Positions 28,460 through 38,270 of a stretch of DNA of 64,000 nucleotides are shown one piece after another. The notes below the pieces were generated by a model, which had not been told where the DNA came from, made no database searches, and saw only the letters and a list, made by a program, of their open reading frames with translations. Origin of the DNA: an uncultured bacterium (lineage in GTDB: Bacteria; Patescibacteriota; Minisyncoccia; UBA6257; 2-01-FULL-56-20); NCBI GenBank assembly GCA_963705915.1, contig OY970126.1, positions 10,035 to 74,034 on the forward strand, given 5' to 3'. The position numbers were made by a program, and so were the translations under genes. How positions within the stretch are numbered: the first letter of the stretch is position 1; each line of letters begins with the position of its first letter.

Positions 28460-30547
28460 CTATTTCCAATACCACCGCTGCCCACTCAGGTAGTCTCGCT
28501 TCACTCGTTTACTGAAAAGCCATTCACTGCGTCCCATCTGGATAGCGATGAAGCGGATCATGTTACGGAAGATCGCTTCGGGGATCAATTTGGCGTTGCC
28601 AGAATTATATAAATCTTTAATTTCCTGAGTGAGAATCTTCAAGCCGCGATTTATAAATGCGGGGAGGTTGGCATTGTGATAAATGCTTCGATATGAAATA
28701 CCGATATCGAAATTACGCTGGAACAACTGTTTCAAAGTGTAAGAGTGTGAGTGCATTACTGTCGCGTCGTTTGCATAGACGATCTTATAGCCGAGTCGTA
28801 ACATTCTTGAAGCCCATTCATAATCTTCGCTCACAATGATCTCGTTCTTATAGGCATGCTCCAGGATCGCACTCTTGCGAACCGCGGAGTTTGCATCAGA
28901 AAAGATGTTATCGCCTTCAGTCCAATTGCCTCCCTCCCAGGTTATTGGTTGGTCGCCATATAAACTCAACTGGAAATGTCGTTCAATGGCTCCATGCTCA
29001 TCTTTTGGAATCTGACGTCCGTAAACACCAACCACTTTAGGATCGGTAAATTTCTGAACAAGATTAGCAAGCCAATCTTCACGCTCTGGCGCAGCGTCGT
29101 GTGAAAGATAAATCACAAACTCTCCCCGGGCGATACGCGCAGCATAATTGCGGGTTTTGCCGTGGCCGAAATCTTCAGGCTTGATTGTGATAATTTGGAA
29201 AGGATATTTTTCGAGAATTTCTCGAGTACCATCAGTTGAGGACGTATCAACACAAAGCACCTCGAAGCTATCGAATTTTTGCTTTGCTATTCCTTCGACG
29301 ACCGGTTTAACGAACCTGATTGAATTGGACGTTAGAAGTACTACGGTCCCCTTGAATAAGTTTTGTTCAGGAACAACTTCCTTCAACGGATACTTATAGA
29401 TGAGGTCGGGACCGTAAACCTGCATAAGTTCTGGGATGATATGGCTCCAGTCATATTTTTCAGCATAACGCACATAAGCCTCTGGACTTTTACGTTTGGC
29501 GAGCGCTGAGTTTATTGCGTTAGCAAAATCTTTTTCGTTAAACTCAGAGAGTTCTCCGTTGCCATTTTTCTGGATTAGCGCTTTTGCTGCATTCTGTGGG
29601 TGATCGATAGTAACCACTGGCAGACCGCAAGCATCGGCTTCGATGACCATAATGCCAAATCCTTCACGCGTTGAAGGAAGTGCAAAAACTTTGGACGCGT
29701 GCATCAAAGCATATAGATCATTATGGTCTTCAAAGAAATCCATAAATGCGACGTTGTTTTCTAGGTATAGGTCCGAAGCAAGCTTTTCTAAATTTTCCTT
29801 CTCGGGTCCTTCGCCGACAATGATGGCTCTTATTCCATCATTTTCTTTCTTGAGTATCTTGATTGCACGCAAAAGGAGATCGACATTTTTATGGGACAAT
29901 AATCGCCCCGCAAAAATTATGTCGGATGTGATTTTCGACGGAGCAATGCTCCGTATCGATTTCACGTCGAGACCGTTTGGTACGGTCACAATTTTGCGCT
30001 TCGTTTCTAATATACGTTGGAGGTCGTAGGTGGTGTGATCTGAGACAGAAATAATAACATTCGGAAGTTTTGCACTGATTTTCTCAATGCGGTAAGCAAT
30101 GGTACCAGCCGGCTTCCCTAGATATTTTTCCCAATACGCTTGTCCCCAGACCTCATGCCATGTCGCAATCATCTTTTTGCGACGAAGAAGGCAAACGAAT
30201 TTTGCTGTAAAAAGAGTTAGCTGAGGAATGTGGTCGACGTCGATTATGTCGAATTCTTCGCCCATGAGCTTTAAGCAATGTAACGAGAAGAGAATTGCTT
30301 GCTTAATGGAACGCCGCTTATCAACGTAAACTGGATAATAAGGACTTATCGCGTAGAATTTTACACCATCTTTTACGAAGGTTGTTTCGCCCTCCCACCA
30401 TCGCATGCAATAAATTGTCACATCGTGTCCCTGAGCGGCGAGGCGAGTGGAGATGTCATAAATACGCTTTTCTTTTCCTCCTTTATTAAAGGGATAGACA
30501 GCGTCGGAAACGATAGCTATTTTCTTTTTGGTTTGTGGGTCGGCCAT
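28460..30547 (-). CDS. GT4-GT2 fusion (C-terminal rhamnosyltransferase-like)
   Basis: N-terminal GGKE/REGFG.EA; C-terminal FGHGKTRN, SHDA, GRQIP, SEDYEWA. Confidence 0.9.
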   Translation of the reverse strand: MADPQTKKKIAIVSDAVYPFNKGGKEKRIYDISTRLAAQGHDVTIYCMRWWEGETTFVKDGVKFYAISPYYPVYVDKRRSIKQAILFSLHCLKLMGEEFDIIDVDHIPQLTLFTAKFVCLLRRKKMIATWHEVWGQAYWEKYLGKPAGTIAYRIEKISAKLPNVIISVSDHTTYDLQRILETKRKIVTVPNGLDVKSIRSIAPSKITSDIIFAGRLLSHKNVDLLLRAIKILKKENDGIRAIIVGEGPEKENLEKLASDLYLENNVAFMDFFEDHNDLYALMHASKVFALPSTREGFGIMVIEADACGLPVVTIDHPQNAAKALIQKNGNGELSEFNEKDFANAINSALAKRKSPEAYVRYAEKYDWSHIIPELMQVYGPDLIYKYPLKEVVPEQNLFKGTVVLLTSNSIRFVKPVVEGIAKQKFDSFEVLCVDTSSTDGTREILEKYPFQIITIKPEDFGHGKTRNYAARIARGEFVIYLSHDAAPEREDWLANLVQKFTDPKVVGVYGRQIPKDEHGAIERHFQLSLYGDQPITWEGGNWTEGDNIFSDANSAVRKSAILEHAYKNEIIVSEDYEWASRMLRLGYKIVYANDATVMHSHSYTLKQLFQRNFDIGISYRSIYHNANLPAFINRGLKILTQEIKDLYNSGNAKLIPEAIFRNMIRFIAIQMGRSEWLFSKRVKRDYLSGQRWYWK

Positions 30548-30566
30548 GGGTTAGTCGCTTATCTCG

Positions 30567-31346
30567 TTATAACACCACCTTTCTTGTCCGCTTCAGTTTC
30601 TCTTCTTGGGCTTTCTGTTTTTCCTTTTCGTTTTCCGGCCGCCATTTTAAATTGCGGAGGAACATGGCAAGAATGCGCGTGCCGTCATAGATTGGCCGGA
30701 GATTTGTTTGGCCGGAGCGAGGATGGTAGCTAATCGGCACGCAGGTAATTTCTTCACCGAGGCGCGCCATCTTTGTGACCATTTCCATTTCGATCGCAAA
30801 ACCCTCCGAGGTGATATGAGGTCGGAGCCTTTCGAGAGCGTCGCGTTTCCATGCAAAATAACCGGTCAGAACGTCCGTCATGTTGACGCGATAGAAATGG
30901 CGCACAAGATGGGAATACATCCAGTTGCCAAAGCGGTTAAACGCACTCATAGAGCCATCGAAAATTTTTCCACCGAGGCGCGAACCGATGACGACGCTCG
31001 CAAAGCCGGAGTCGAGCGGCTCGATGAGGCGCAAAATCTCATCTGGGCGATACGTGTTATCGCCGTCGAGCATCACCACGTAGTCGGTATCCTCATCAAT
31101 AGACCAAAAACCGCGGCGCATGGCGTTACCTTTGCCTTTGTTCGGTTCGTGGATGACTTTCGCGCCGGCAGCTTTGGCGATTTCGGCGGTTCGATCCTTT
31201 GAGTTATTGTCGATCACAACGACCTCGAGCTTGTAGCCGTGTTTACGGATCTTCTCCAACGGAAAATTATCGATGACGTTGCCAATTCCGCCTGCTTCGT
31301 TATAGCAGGGGATGAGGACTGTTATTTTTTTAGGTGAATTTTTCAT
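30567..31346 (-). CDS. GT2, DPM1/polyprenol-phosphate glycosyltransferase-like
   Basis: IPCYNE, DNNSKD, GKGNA, DGDNTY, GSR, GFAIEME. Confidence 0.9.
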   Translation of the reverse strand: MKNSPKKITVLIPCYNEAGGIGNVIDNFPLEKIRKHGYKLEVVVIDNNSKDRTAEIAKAAGAKVIHEPNKGKGNAMRRGFWSIDEDTDYVVMLDGDNTYRPDEILRLIEPLDSGFASVVIGSRLGGKIFDGSMSAFNRFGNWMYSHLVRHFYRVNMTDVLTGYFAWKRDALERLRPHITSEGFAIEMEMVTKMARLGEEITCVPISYHPRSGQTNLRPIYDGTRILAMFLRNLKWRPENEKEKQKAQEEKLKRTRKVVL

Positions 31347-31358
31347 GAGGGCGCGAGG

Positions 31359-31817
31359 TTAAGGATTGGTATCCGGAAGGATAAAGTCGATCGTCTGATT
31401 CAAATTGGAGAGATCCACGACAACTTGTCCCTCAAGGTTTGACGTGGCGAATGTGTGATAGATCGTGATTGATGAACTTGCGTCGCTCGCAAGGGTGATG
31501 CTGGTTGACGCGAAGACATCTTTTGCGCCATTCGGATAGGCAAAATAGACATTGTAGGGGTAGGTGGTCGTGACCCCTTCAACGTTGTGGATGGTGAATG
31601 AAAAAGCGACTGGCTGTCCTGCGACGGTGTTTTTGGGAAGCGCGGCGTAGTCGTTGAAATAGAGCTCGGTAAAGGCCTCGTTCTGGGGCACTAATTTGAG
31701 GTTATTCATCTCTGCATACACTTTGCCTCGTTCTGCGTATATAAAGATGGCGATGGCCAAAAGGACGACCAATGTCGCCACAAGAAAGATACGGCCGCGA
31801 TTGTTCCGAGTGTCCAT
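31359..31817 (-). CDS. DUF1616-like membrane-anchored Ig-fold protein
   Basis: TM followed by P..E.FTELYF and HNVEG...Y motifs. Confidence 0.6.
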   Translation of the reverse strand: MDTRNNRGRIFLVATLVVLLAIAIFIYAERGKVYAEMNNLKLVPQNEAFTELYFNDYAALPKNTVAGQPVAFSFTIHNVEGVTTTYPYNVYFAYPNGAKDVFASTSITLASDASSSITIYHTFATSNLEGQVVVDLSNLNQTIDFILPDTNP

Positions 31818-31934
31818 AGGGTAAATACTTGATTATTTCTAGCTTTTGTGTTTATATAAGCCCTGCGAGCGAAAGCACTCGTATTTCTAACATTCTTTTC
31901 AAGATTTGTCTAGTCCCAGGATGCACACTGCTTC

Positions 31935-33476
31935 ATGAATCCAGAACGTAAAAAAGAGCTTAAAATTTTCCTTGTCGCCCTCGCTGCTATCGTGGTGAGT
32001 TTTGCTGGCGGAGTTTTGTATTTGCGCGGGAACTCACTTGAGGGTAACGCCGGTCTCCTTGCCGACGTTTCGGGTGTTGTGTCGGCAGAAACATCATCCA
32101 CATCGCCTTCGCAGTCAATTCCGACGAGTTCCGCGTCGGTGATCCCGCTCGTGGCACCGGCCGCGACGAGCACGTCAAGCGGCGCGTCCGCTCAGTCGTC
32201 TTCCTCGTCCACGCAGCCTGCGCCTATTACGCCGAAGAAGTTGCCGTACGTAACGAAAACATTCGCTGCTGCGGATTGGCTCAATGATTGGGGCGATGTC
32301 TCATTCACCGGTGGCACGTTGAACTACGGTGCTTCTTCCGAAACTGCTGGCGGCGCAGAATATCTTTTGGGTTCAACGGCGTGGACGAATTACAATCTCC
32401 AGGCGAACGTCGATTGGGTGAATGGTGAAGCATTCGATATCGTTGCACGTGAATCGAACGACCAGAACTTTATCTACTGTGAATTTGGTGCCAACTTTAC
32501 AAACATCATTGAACGCGTCGCGGGCACTGACACCGAAATTGCTTCATCAAATAGTACGACTCAGGGGCCTGGTTCCGTTTCAGTGCTTGGCGTCCGCGTA
32601 TATGGCAACGACGTTGCTTGCACCGTTGGGGGCAGTGATGTGCTCACGGCAGCCGTAAAGACTGGTGAATTGTCAACGGGCGGCATTGGATTTATCTCTT
32701 GGGATCAAACAGACAATGTGAGCCAAATAAAGATTTTGGGTGTGAACGTCCAGCCACTTTCGACTGATAACATCGTTATCCCTCCGCCGGCGCCACCTGC
32801 GCCTCCGGCTCCCACGTCAACGGCCCAAACCTCAACGCCGCCAGCGCCGCCTCAGGCACCTCCCATCAGCCTCCCGTATTCCATCGGCACGTTTGGCAAT
32901 GGTTTTGCAAGCGACACCGCCTGGACCGATTGGCAGGGAACCGTCCTTCGCCCTGGTTCGGTGCTCACGATCGCATCGCCGGCTTCTGGTACGACCGGCG
33001 GCGCATTACTCGCGGGCAGTGACGCGTGGACTGATTTTACATTCTCCACAAACATCGATTGGAATTCCGGCGAGGCATTCGGCCTCATTGGCCATTACGT
33101 CGACGACAACGACTACGTGGTCTGCGGGTTTGACCAGGATATTCCGGGTAATATTCACATGACGATCCATGAGCTTGTGAATGGTAGCGATATCGACTTG
33201 GCAGATGGCGATATCCCGAACTATAACGAGGTTGGCGGCGCTGGCATAAACGTCGGTATGTCCGTTCAAGGTAATCAAGCAACGTGTGGATTTAATGGCT
33301 ATGTGATTTCCACGCTCGTTGCGAGCACTAAATTAACTGGACCGTTGCACGGTGAGATCGGTTTCGATACCTACGATCCAGCAAACGGCAACAGCGAGAT
33401 CACCGTCCATACCGTTGGCGTTGTCTCGCAGGCATACAACTTGGGCACGGATAACGTCCAGGATCCGGCGCAATAA
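31935..33476 (+). CDS. Membrane-anchored protein with two ConA/LamG (DUF1080-like) domains
   Basis: Two repeats with W.DW G, GS.AWT(N/D), DW..GEAF, G.IGF motifs; Pro/Ser linkers. Confidence 0.7.
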   Translation: MNPERKKELKIFLVALAAIVVSFAGGVLYLRGNSLEGNAGLLADVSGVVSAETSSTSPSQSIPTSSASVIPLVAPAATSTSSGASAQSSSSSTQPAPITPKKLPYVTKTFAAADWLNDWGDVSFTGGTLNYGASSETAGGAEYLLGSTAWTNYNLQANVDWVNGEAFDIVARESNDQNFIYCEFGANFTNIIERVAGTDTEIASSNSTTQGPGSVSVLGVRVYGNDVACTVGGSDVLTAAVKTGELSTGGIGFISWDQTDNVSQIKILGVNVQPLSTDNIVIPPPAPPAPPAPTSTAQTSTPPAPPQAPPISLPYSIGTFGNGFASDTAWTDWQGTVLRPGSVLTIASPASGTTGGALLAGSDAWTDFTFSTNIDWNSGEAFGLIGHYVDDNDYVVCGFDQDIPGNIHMTIHELVNGSDIDLADGDIPNYNEVGGAGINVGMSVQGNQATCGFNGYVISTLVASTKLTGPLHGEIGFDTYDPANGNSEITVHTVGVVSQAYNLGTDNVQDPAQ

Positions 33477-33517
33477 CCCTTGCGTTCTTTTGTGTCTTGT
33501 GGTATTCTGCGCACACT

Positions 33518-35152
33518 ATGGAAAGTATGAAAAAATCGCTTATCGCAACTGGTGTGGCCTTTAGCGCCGTTTTGGCGTTTAGCCTGTTTGGCCTCGGGAA
33601 CGGCGGAACGCTTGTCGCCCATGCCGATGGCGCCAATTTGATAGTGAATCCCAGCTTTGAACAGCAGAACGCAAACGGAACGCCGGTTGGTTGGGAGCAA
33701 GGTTCCTGGGGCGATGCCTCAAGTGCCGTCTTCACGTATCCAGTTGCGGGCGAGGATGATAACTTTGCCGCGCAGGTTTCGATCGGCACCTATAATGGCG
33801 TCGGTGAAGGCAACGGCGCGGCGGAATGGTATTTCGACAACGTGCCCGTGACGCCGAATACACTCTATGATTTTCATGATTGGTATCAGTCGAATGCAAA
33901 CAGTTATTTGATTGCGCAATGGACGCTCACCGACGGTTCGTTCGCGTATGATTCGATCACGACGCTTCCGCCGACGGCGAGCGGCACGTGGACCGAAACG
34001 CCGGATGAACTTTTCACGGCACCGGTGAACGCGGTTTCAGTCACGGTTTTGCATTTGCTCCAGAGCGCCGGTTCGCTCACAATCGACAATGCGTTTCTCG
34101 GCACGGCAACGCCGTCCGGCCAGAATACATTCCCGCAGGGGATGGTCACGCTCACGTTTGATGACGGCTACACCTCGCAATACAACAATGCGTTCCCGAT
34201 TTTGACGAAGGCCAATGTGCCGGGCACGTTCTATATCATTACGAGCCTCATCGACACCGCGCCGCCGGACAATCTTTTTGACGACTCAGGCGTTTCGACG
34301 AGCACAGTCACAACCACATCGACCGCCGAATGGGATGGCCTTTATACCGACCCCACATACCAGAACTACGTTTTGTCCGGCATGACGATGGCGACTGCGC
34401 CGGCCACGGTCCAGCTCCACTATCTTTTGAACGGCACGCAAACCACGCAGACGCTCGGCATGGTGCCGGCATCGGCGCCAAAAATGCAGAGCATCAATTT
34501 TATGTTGCCGACGAATAGCGACGGCACAACGGTGAGTCCGATCGACATCACGATGACGCTCACGAAGAAAGGAACGCTTGTGGTGAGCCAGCCGTCGCTT
34601 GTTGAATATCAAACCTATATGAACGTGAGTGATTTGCTCGCGATGCAGGCAGGCGGCGAAGAAATGGATTCGCACACGGAAACGCATCCTGACCTCACGG
34701 CTTTGACGGTTGCCGAAGACACGCAGGAAATCGCCGGTTCACGCACCGCGCTCATCAACTGGGGTCTCGCACCGGTTGACACGCTCGCGTATCCCTTCGG
34801 CGATTACAATACGACGATAGAAGGCATCGTTGCGGGCGCTGGCTATGCCGCTGCCCGTACCGTGGACGTTGGTTACAACGATACGGCGGCGAACGCCTAT
34901 GCTTTGAAGAGCTACAGCGTTGTGGAGTCAACCACGCTCCCGCAGGTTGAAACATGGATCAATACGGCGGCACAGAACCATTGGTGGCTCATCCTCACGT
35001 TCCACGATATCGATCCGGCAAATATTCTCCAGAAGAACGGCGAGATTTACGGCACGACGCCGACGATGCTCCAGCAAATCATTTCGTACTTGAAGCAGAA
35101 CAATATAGAGACGCCAAGCATGGATCAGGCGCTCTCGGTGTGGGGGAAGTAG
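33518..35152 (+). CDS. Secreted polysaccharide deacetylase with N-terminal CBM-like domain
   Basis: NLIVNPSFE CBM-like start; LTFDDG, SHTETHP, AYPFG, LTFH. Confidence 0.88.
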   Translation: MESMKKSLIATGVAFSAVLAFSLFGLGNGGTLVAHADGANLIVNPSFEQQNANGTPVGWEQGSWGDASSAVFTYPVAGEDDNFAAQVSIGTYNGVGEGNGAAEWYFDNVPVTPNTLYDFHDWYQSNANSYLIAQWTLTDGSFAYDSITTLPPTASGTWTETPDELFTAPVNAVSVTVLHLLQSAGSLTIDNAFLGTATPSGQNTFPQGMVTLTFDDGYTSQYNNAFPILTKANVPGTFYIITSLIDTAPPDNLFDDSGVSTSTVTTTSTAEWDGLYTDPTYQNYVLSGMTMATAPATVQLHYLLNGTQTTQTLGMVPASAPKMQSINFMLPTNSDGTTVSPIDITMTLTKKGTLVVSQPSLVEYQTYMNVSDLLAMQAGGEEMDSHTETHPDLTALTVAEDTQEIAGSRTALINWGLAPVDTLAYPFGDYNTTIEGIVAGAGYAAARTVDVGYNDTAANAYALKSYSVVESTTLPQVETWINTAAQNHWWLILTFHDIDPANILQKNGEIYGTTPTMLQQIISYLKQNNIETPSMDQALSVWGK

Positions 35153-35156
35153 TTAG

Positions 35157-36323
35157 TTATTGCGCCGTTGACGTGGCCACCGCTGCCTGGAACGCGGCGA
35201 GTGCTGCCGGGTCGGAATTCACGAGCCAATCCTGCTCTTTATTTTGATTGAACCAAATCCAGCCGGCGATGGGATATTCTTGCATACTCGTTGTGAGCGC
35301 GTCGGTTATCCATGCGGCTTTTTGCGGACCCTCGGCTGAAGCCATCGAGAATATATAGATGGGCTTGTCATAGATTTGGAGCTGGCCTATCGCTGGTGCA
35401 AAAACGTCGGCGAACGATTGCCAGGGATCGCCAAAGTTGAACCCGTCCACGCCGACGTAGTCCACGTACGCGCTGCCCGGATAGTAGACCGCGATGCTGT
35501 TTGAGGCGGTGTCCGGTTCTGAAACGTTGTTTACGTCCCATGCAAATTTTACGTTCGCCGTTGGAGATGAGCCCGCAACGCCCGCTGCCTCAAAAATATT
35601 GTAGACATGCTGCCATGCGGCAATGAACGAACTCGGGCTGTTGCCGTTCACGGTGCCATCCCACGGATCCCAGTTGCCGTTCATCTCTTCGAATGGCACG
35701 AGAATAATCGGGCCGTTGTAGGCCTTCGCCGCTGCGGCGAACGATTGGAGATAATGATCCCACGTGCCGCCCGAGATGCTCGCATAGTTGTAGTTCGGTT
35801 CCGTAAGGTTGCCCGATCCGTCGCTCGGCTCCCAGAAGATGACGAGCGTTTTATGCTCGCCCGCAACGGCCTGCTCGAAGTTCGATGGGAATGCGCCGTT
35901 GTTGCCCCAGCCGACGAACACAGCCACCATATCCATCTGTTGGCCGACGAGCGCTTCAAAGTTTGCATCGTCGCTCGGCGTGTCGCCGGCGAATGCGCCC
36001 CAAGAAACGGTATAGGGTGCGACCGTTGCCGGGGGGATGTTGGTTGACGTTGCGAACGGGGTGGTCGTTGTTGAAATGTCGTTTACGCCGAGCGGGCTTC
36101 CGGACACGGACGCTGTGCCCGTGGATGATGCTTCGGCGGACACTGAAGATGACGCCGAAGACGATGCGATGAGTTGTGCGATGTCGGGCGGAAGCGAGCT
36201 TGAACTTGTCGAGGCACTTGCACCAGAAAAGACACCCGGTGGCGCAGAAATGAGCGTAAAAATAATGAGACCTCCCACGAGGACGATGGCAACGATGCAA
36301 ACAAAAAGCAAGAACTTTTTCAT
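35157..36323 (-). CDS. Membrane-anchored glycoside hydrolase family 26-like
   Basis: IFWEP, EEMNGNW, YYPGSAYVDYVGVDGFN, WFN..KE.DW. Confidence 0.85.
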   Translation of the reverse strand: MKKFLLFVCIVAIVLVGGLIIFTLISAPPGVFSGASASTSSSSLPPDIAQLIASSSASSSVSAEASSTGTASVSGSPLGVNDISTTTTPFATSTNIPPATVAPYTVSWGAFAGDTPSDDANFEALVGQQMDMVAVFVGWGNNGAFPSNFEQAVAGEHKTLVIFWEPSDGSGNLTEPNYNYASISGGTWDHYLQSFAAAAKAYNGPIILVPFEEMNGNWDPWDGTVNGNSPSSFIAAWQHVYNIFEAAGVAGSSPTANVKFAWDVNNVSEPDTASNSIAVYYPGSAYVDYVGVDGFNFGDPWQSFADVFAPAIGQLQIYDKPIYIFSMASAEGPQKAAWITDALTTSMQEYPIAGWIWFNQNKEQDWLVNSDPAALAAFQAAVATSTAQ

Positions 36324-36362
36324 ATCTTTTTAATAATACTTAATAATACCGCAACTGGCCTG

Positions 36363-36761
36363 TTATTCGCAGGGATGAACGCGGGTCATCTCGACGATCT
36401 TTGAGGCAGCCGTTGAGGCGTAGGCTACGTTCGTAGTCCCTTGGAATGCTTCGTGCAGCAATTGCCAGCCGACGATGCTGATCATGATGATGAGGGTCGT
36501 CATGATGGAAAAAGCGAGATAGCGGCGGGCCGGGCTCGTGAATATGGGAGGCGGCAACGGGATGGAAATCGGCGCGAGCGTGGGATATTTTTTGAGTTGT
36601 TTGATGATCTGCATGTATCCGGCGACCGGACCGTATTGCGGCCGGCGCAAGACGACCCACTGGATGCGAACCCAAAGTTTTTTGAACTGGTCGCGGATCC
36701 AGCTATAGACGATGATGCCGACGTGGAGGATGAGGGACAAGCCCCCGGGAAGGATGTTCAT
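36363..36761 (-). CDS. Hypothetical membrane protein
   Basis: Two hydrophobic segments; tightly operonic. Confidence 0.6.
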   Translation of the reverse strand: MNILPGGLSLILHVGIIVYSWIRDQFKKLWVRIQWVVLRRPQYGPVAGYMQIIKQLKKYPTLAPISIPLPPPIFTSPARRYLAFSIMTTLIIMISIVGWQLLHEAFQGTTNVAYASTAASKIVEMTRVHPCE

Positions 36762-36764
36762 GGA

Positions 36765-37793
36765 TTACATATGGATACGCTGGGGTTGGTGCCAGGACAT
36801 ATCGCGTTCTTTAAAGAATATCTCGCGCACGAACCGTTCGATAAAAACCCAAAGGTTTACGAACATGAGAAAGAGATACGCCGGAGAATAAAAGAAAATG
36901 TCGGGACGTTTGCTTTCAATGGAGGCATAGAGGCCTGAGAGCAGGGTGAATCCCAGTGAGAATACAAGGGTATAGATGAAGTAACGGATATTGATGAATG
37001 GCGTGACAAGAAGGATGACCGAAAAAATAATGCCTTCGGTATACATGAGCGTGAGTTCGAGTGCCGCAAGCGGTGATTCGATCACCCAGAAGTGTTTCAC
37101 GAGATTCTGCCATCCGCCGGCATACCAGCGGCGCACCTGGGCGATATAGGAACCCAATGTTGGCGGATCTTGCGTGTAGACCATCGCTTTTTTATCGTAG
37201 GCAATCTTCAAATTATTTTTATGGAATTTGAAGGTGAAGTCGAGATCTTCGGCGACGGTGTCGTGGTCGAACGTGATATATTTTCTGAAAAGCTCGGTGC
37301 GGAATGCGCCCGAGCATCCTGGAATGACGAACAAAAAGTTGAGATACGATTGCGCACGCTTATGAATTTCCTGGCTCACGCTGTATTCCATCTGGCGCAA
37401 CGCGGTGAGCCAGTTGTAGCGGATGCTTCGGATGCCGCCGCAGACGGCGGCAACCTGCGGGTCGGCAAAGTCGCGCTCGATGTATTCAACGTAGCGCGGG
37501 TCGAGAATGGTGTCGCCGTCGGTGGCGATGAAGATGTCGGTGCGGATAAAGGGGATTGCGCTCTCTTGTACGAAACTTTTATTACCCAAATTCTTTTCGA
37601 GGGCGAGCACTTCCACCTCGAGGCCAAAGCTCCGGGCGATCGCAACGGTGTCGTCGGTCGAGGCATCGTCCACGACGAGGATTTGATCGAGCTTTCTCGT
37701 CTGGGCAAGGCACGATTCGAGGCATGACCGAATGCCCGCGGATTCGTTATGAGCAGGGATGAGGATGCCGATGGTGAGGCGTTTTTCCGGCAT
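36765..37793 (-). CDS. Processive-type GT2 (PgaC/IcaA/cellulose synthase-like)
   Basis: DDASTD, DGD, AED, QVRRW plus C-terminal TMs. Confidence 0.9.
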   Translation of the reverse strand: MPEKRLTIGILIPAHNESAGIRSCLESCLAQTRKLDQILVVDDASTDDTVAIARSFGLEVEVLALEKNLGNKSFVQESAIPFIRTDIFIATDGDTILDPRYVEYIERDFADPQVAAVCGGIRSIRYNWLTALRQMEYSVSQEIHKRAQSYLNFLFVIPGCSGAFRTELFRKYITFDHDTVAEDLDFTFKFHKNNLKIAYDKKAMVYTQDPPTLGSYIAQVRRWYAGGWQNLVKHFWVIESPLAALELTLMYTEGIIFSVILLVTPFINIRYFIYTLVFSLGFTLLSGLYASIESKRPDIFFYSPAYLFLMFVNLWVFIERFVREIFFKERDMSWHQPQRIHM

Positions 37794-37861
37794 GGTTGAG
37801 TGACAGAGTTATACCAGAAAATTATTGAAAAAGCAAGTGTTTTTGCATAAAAAAACGCCAC

Positions 37862-38239
37862 TCAATAATGAGTGGCGGTTGTGCGGGGGTCTTCCACGCG
37901 GATAGGGCCTTCGGCACATCCAGGGACGATGTGGATTTCCGGGTTCGCGTCGATAATTTCCCGGAATCGGCGGTCGGCAATTGTTTTGCTGGAGAATATC
38001 TCCCACCTGAGGTTGAACATGTTGGGCGTAGCGAGGGCGGCGTCCGGATCAAAGAAGGGAGCGCTATTCCTTGCGTAGGGTTTGAAAACGAGTTCGGCGT
38101 CTTGCAGGTTGGCAGCCTGGATGCGGATAATCCATGTGCCGGTGTGATGCTCATCGAACAAACAAATGTAATACCGTTCAGCGTGCATATCCATGCCCGT
38201 ACTCCTTTGTATATAATATTGAGAATCTGCTCGCATTAT
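37862..38239 (-). CDS. Hypothetical protein
   Basis: ORF between the two GT2 genes; start uncertain. Confidence 0.45.
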   Translation of the reverse strand: MMRADSQYYIQRSTGMDMHAERYYICLFDEHHTGTWIIRIQAANLQDAELVFKPYARNSAPFFDPDAALATPNMFNLRWEIFSSKTIADRRFREIIDANPEIHIVPGCAEGPIRVEDPRTTATHY

Positions 38240-38270
38240 AGTCTTTCGTTGATGCGAATTCAAGAGAGCC

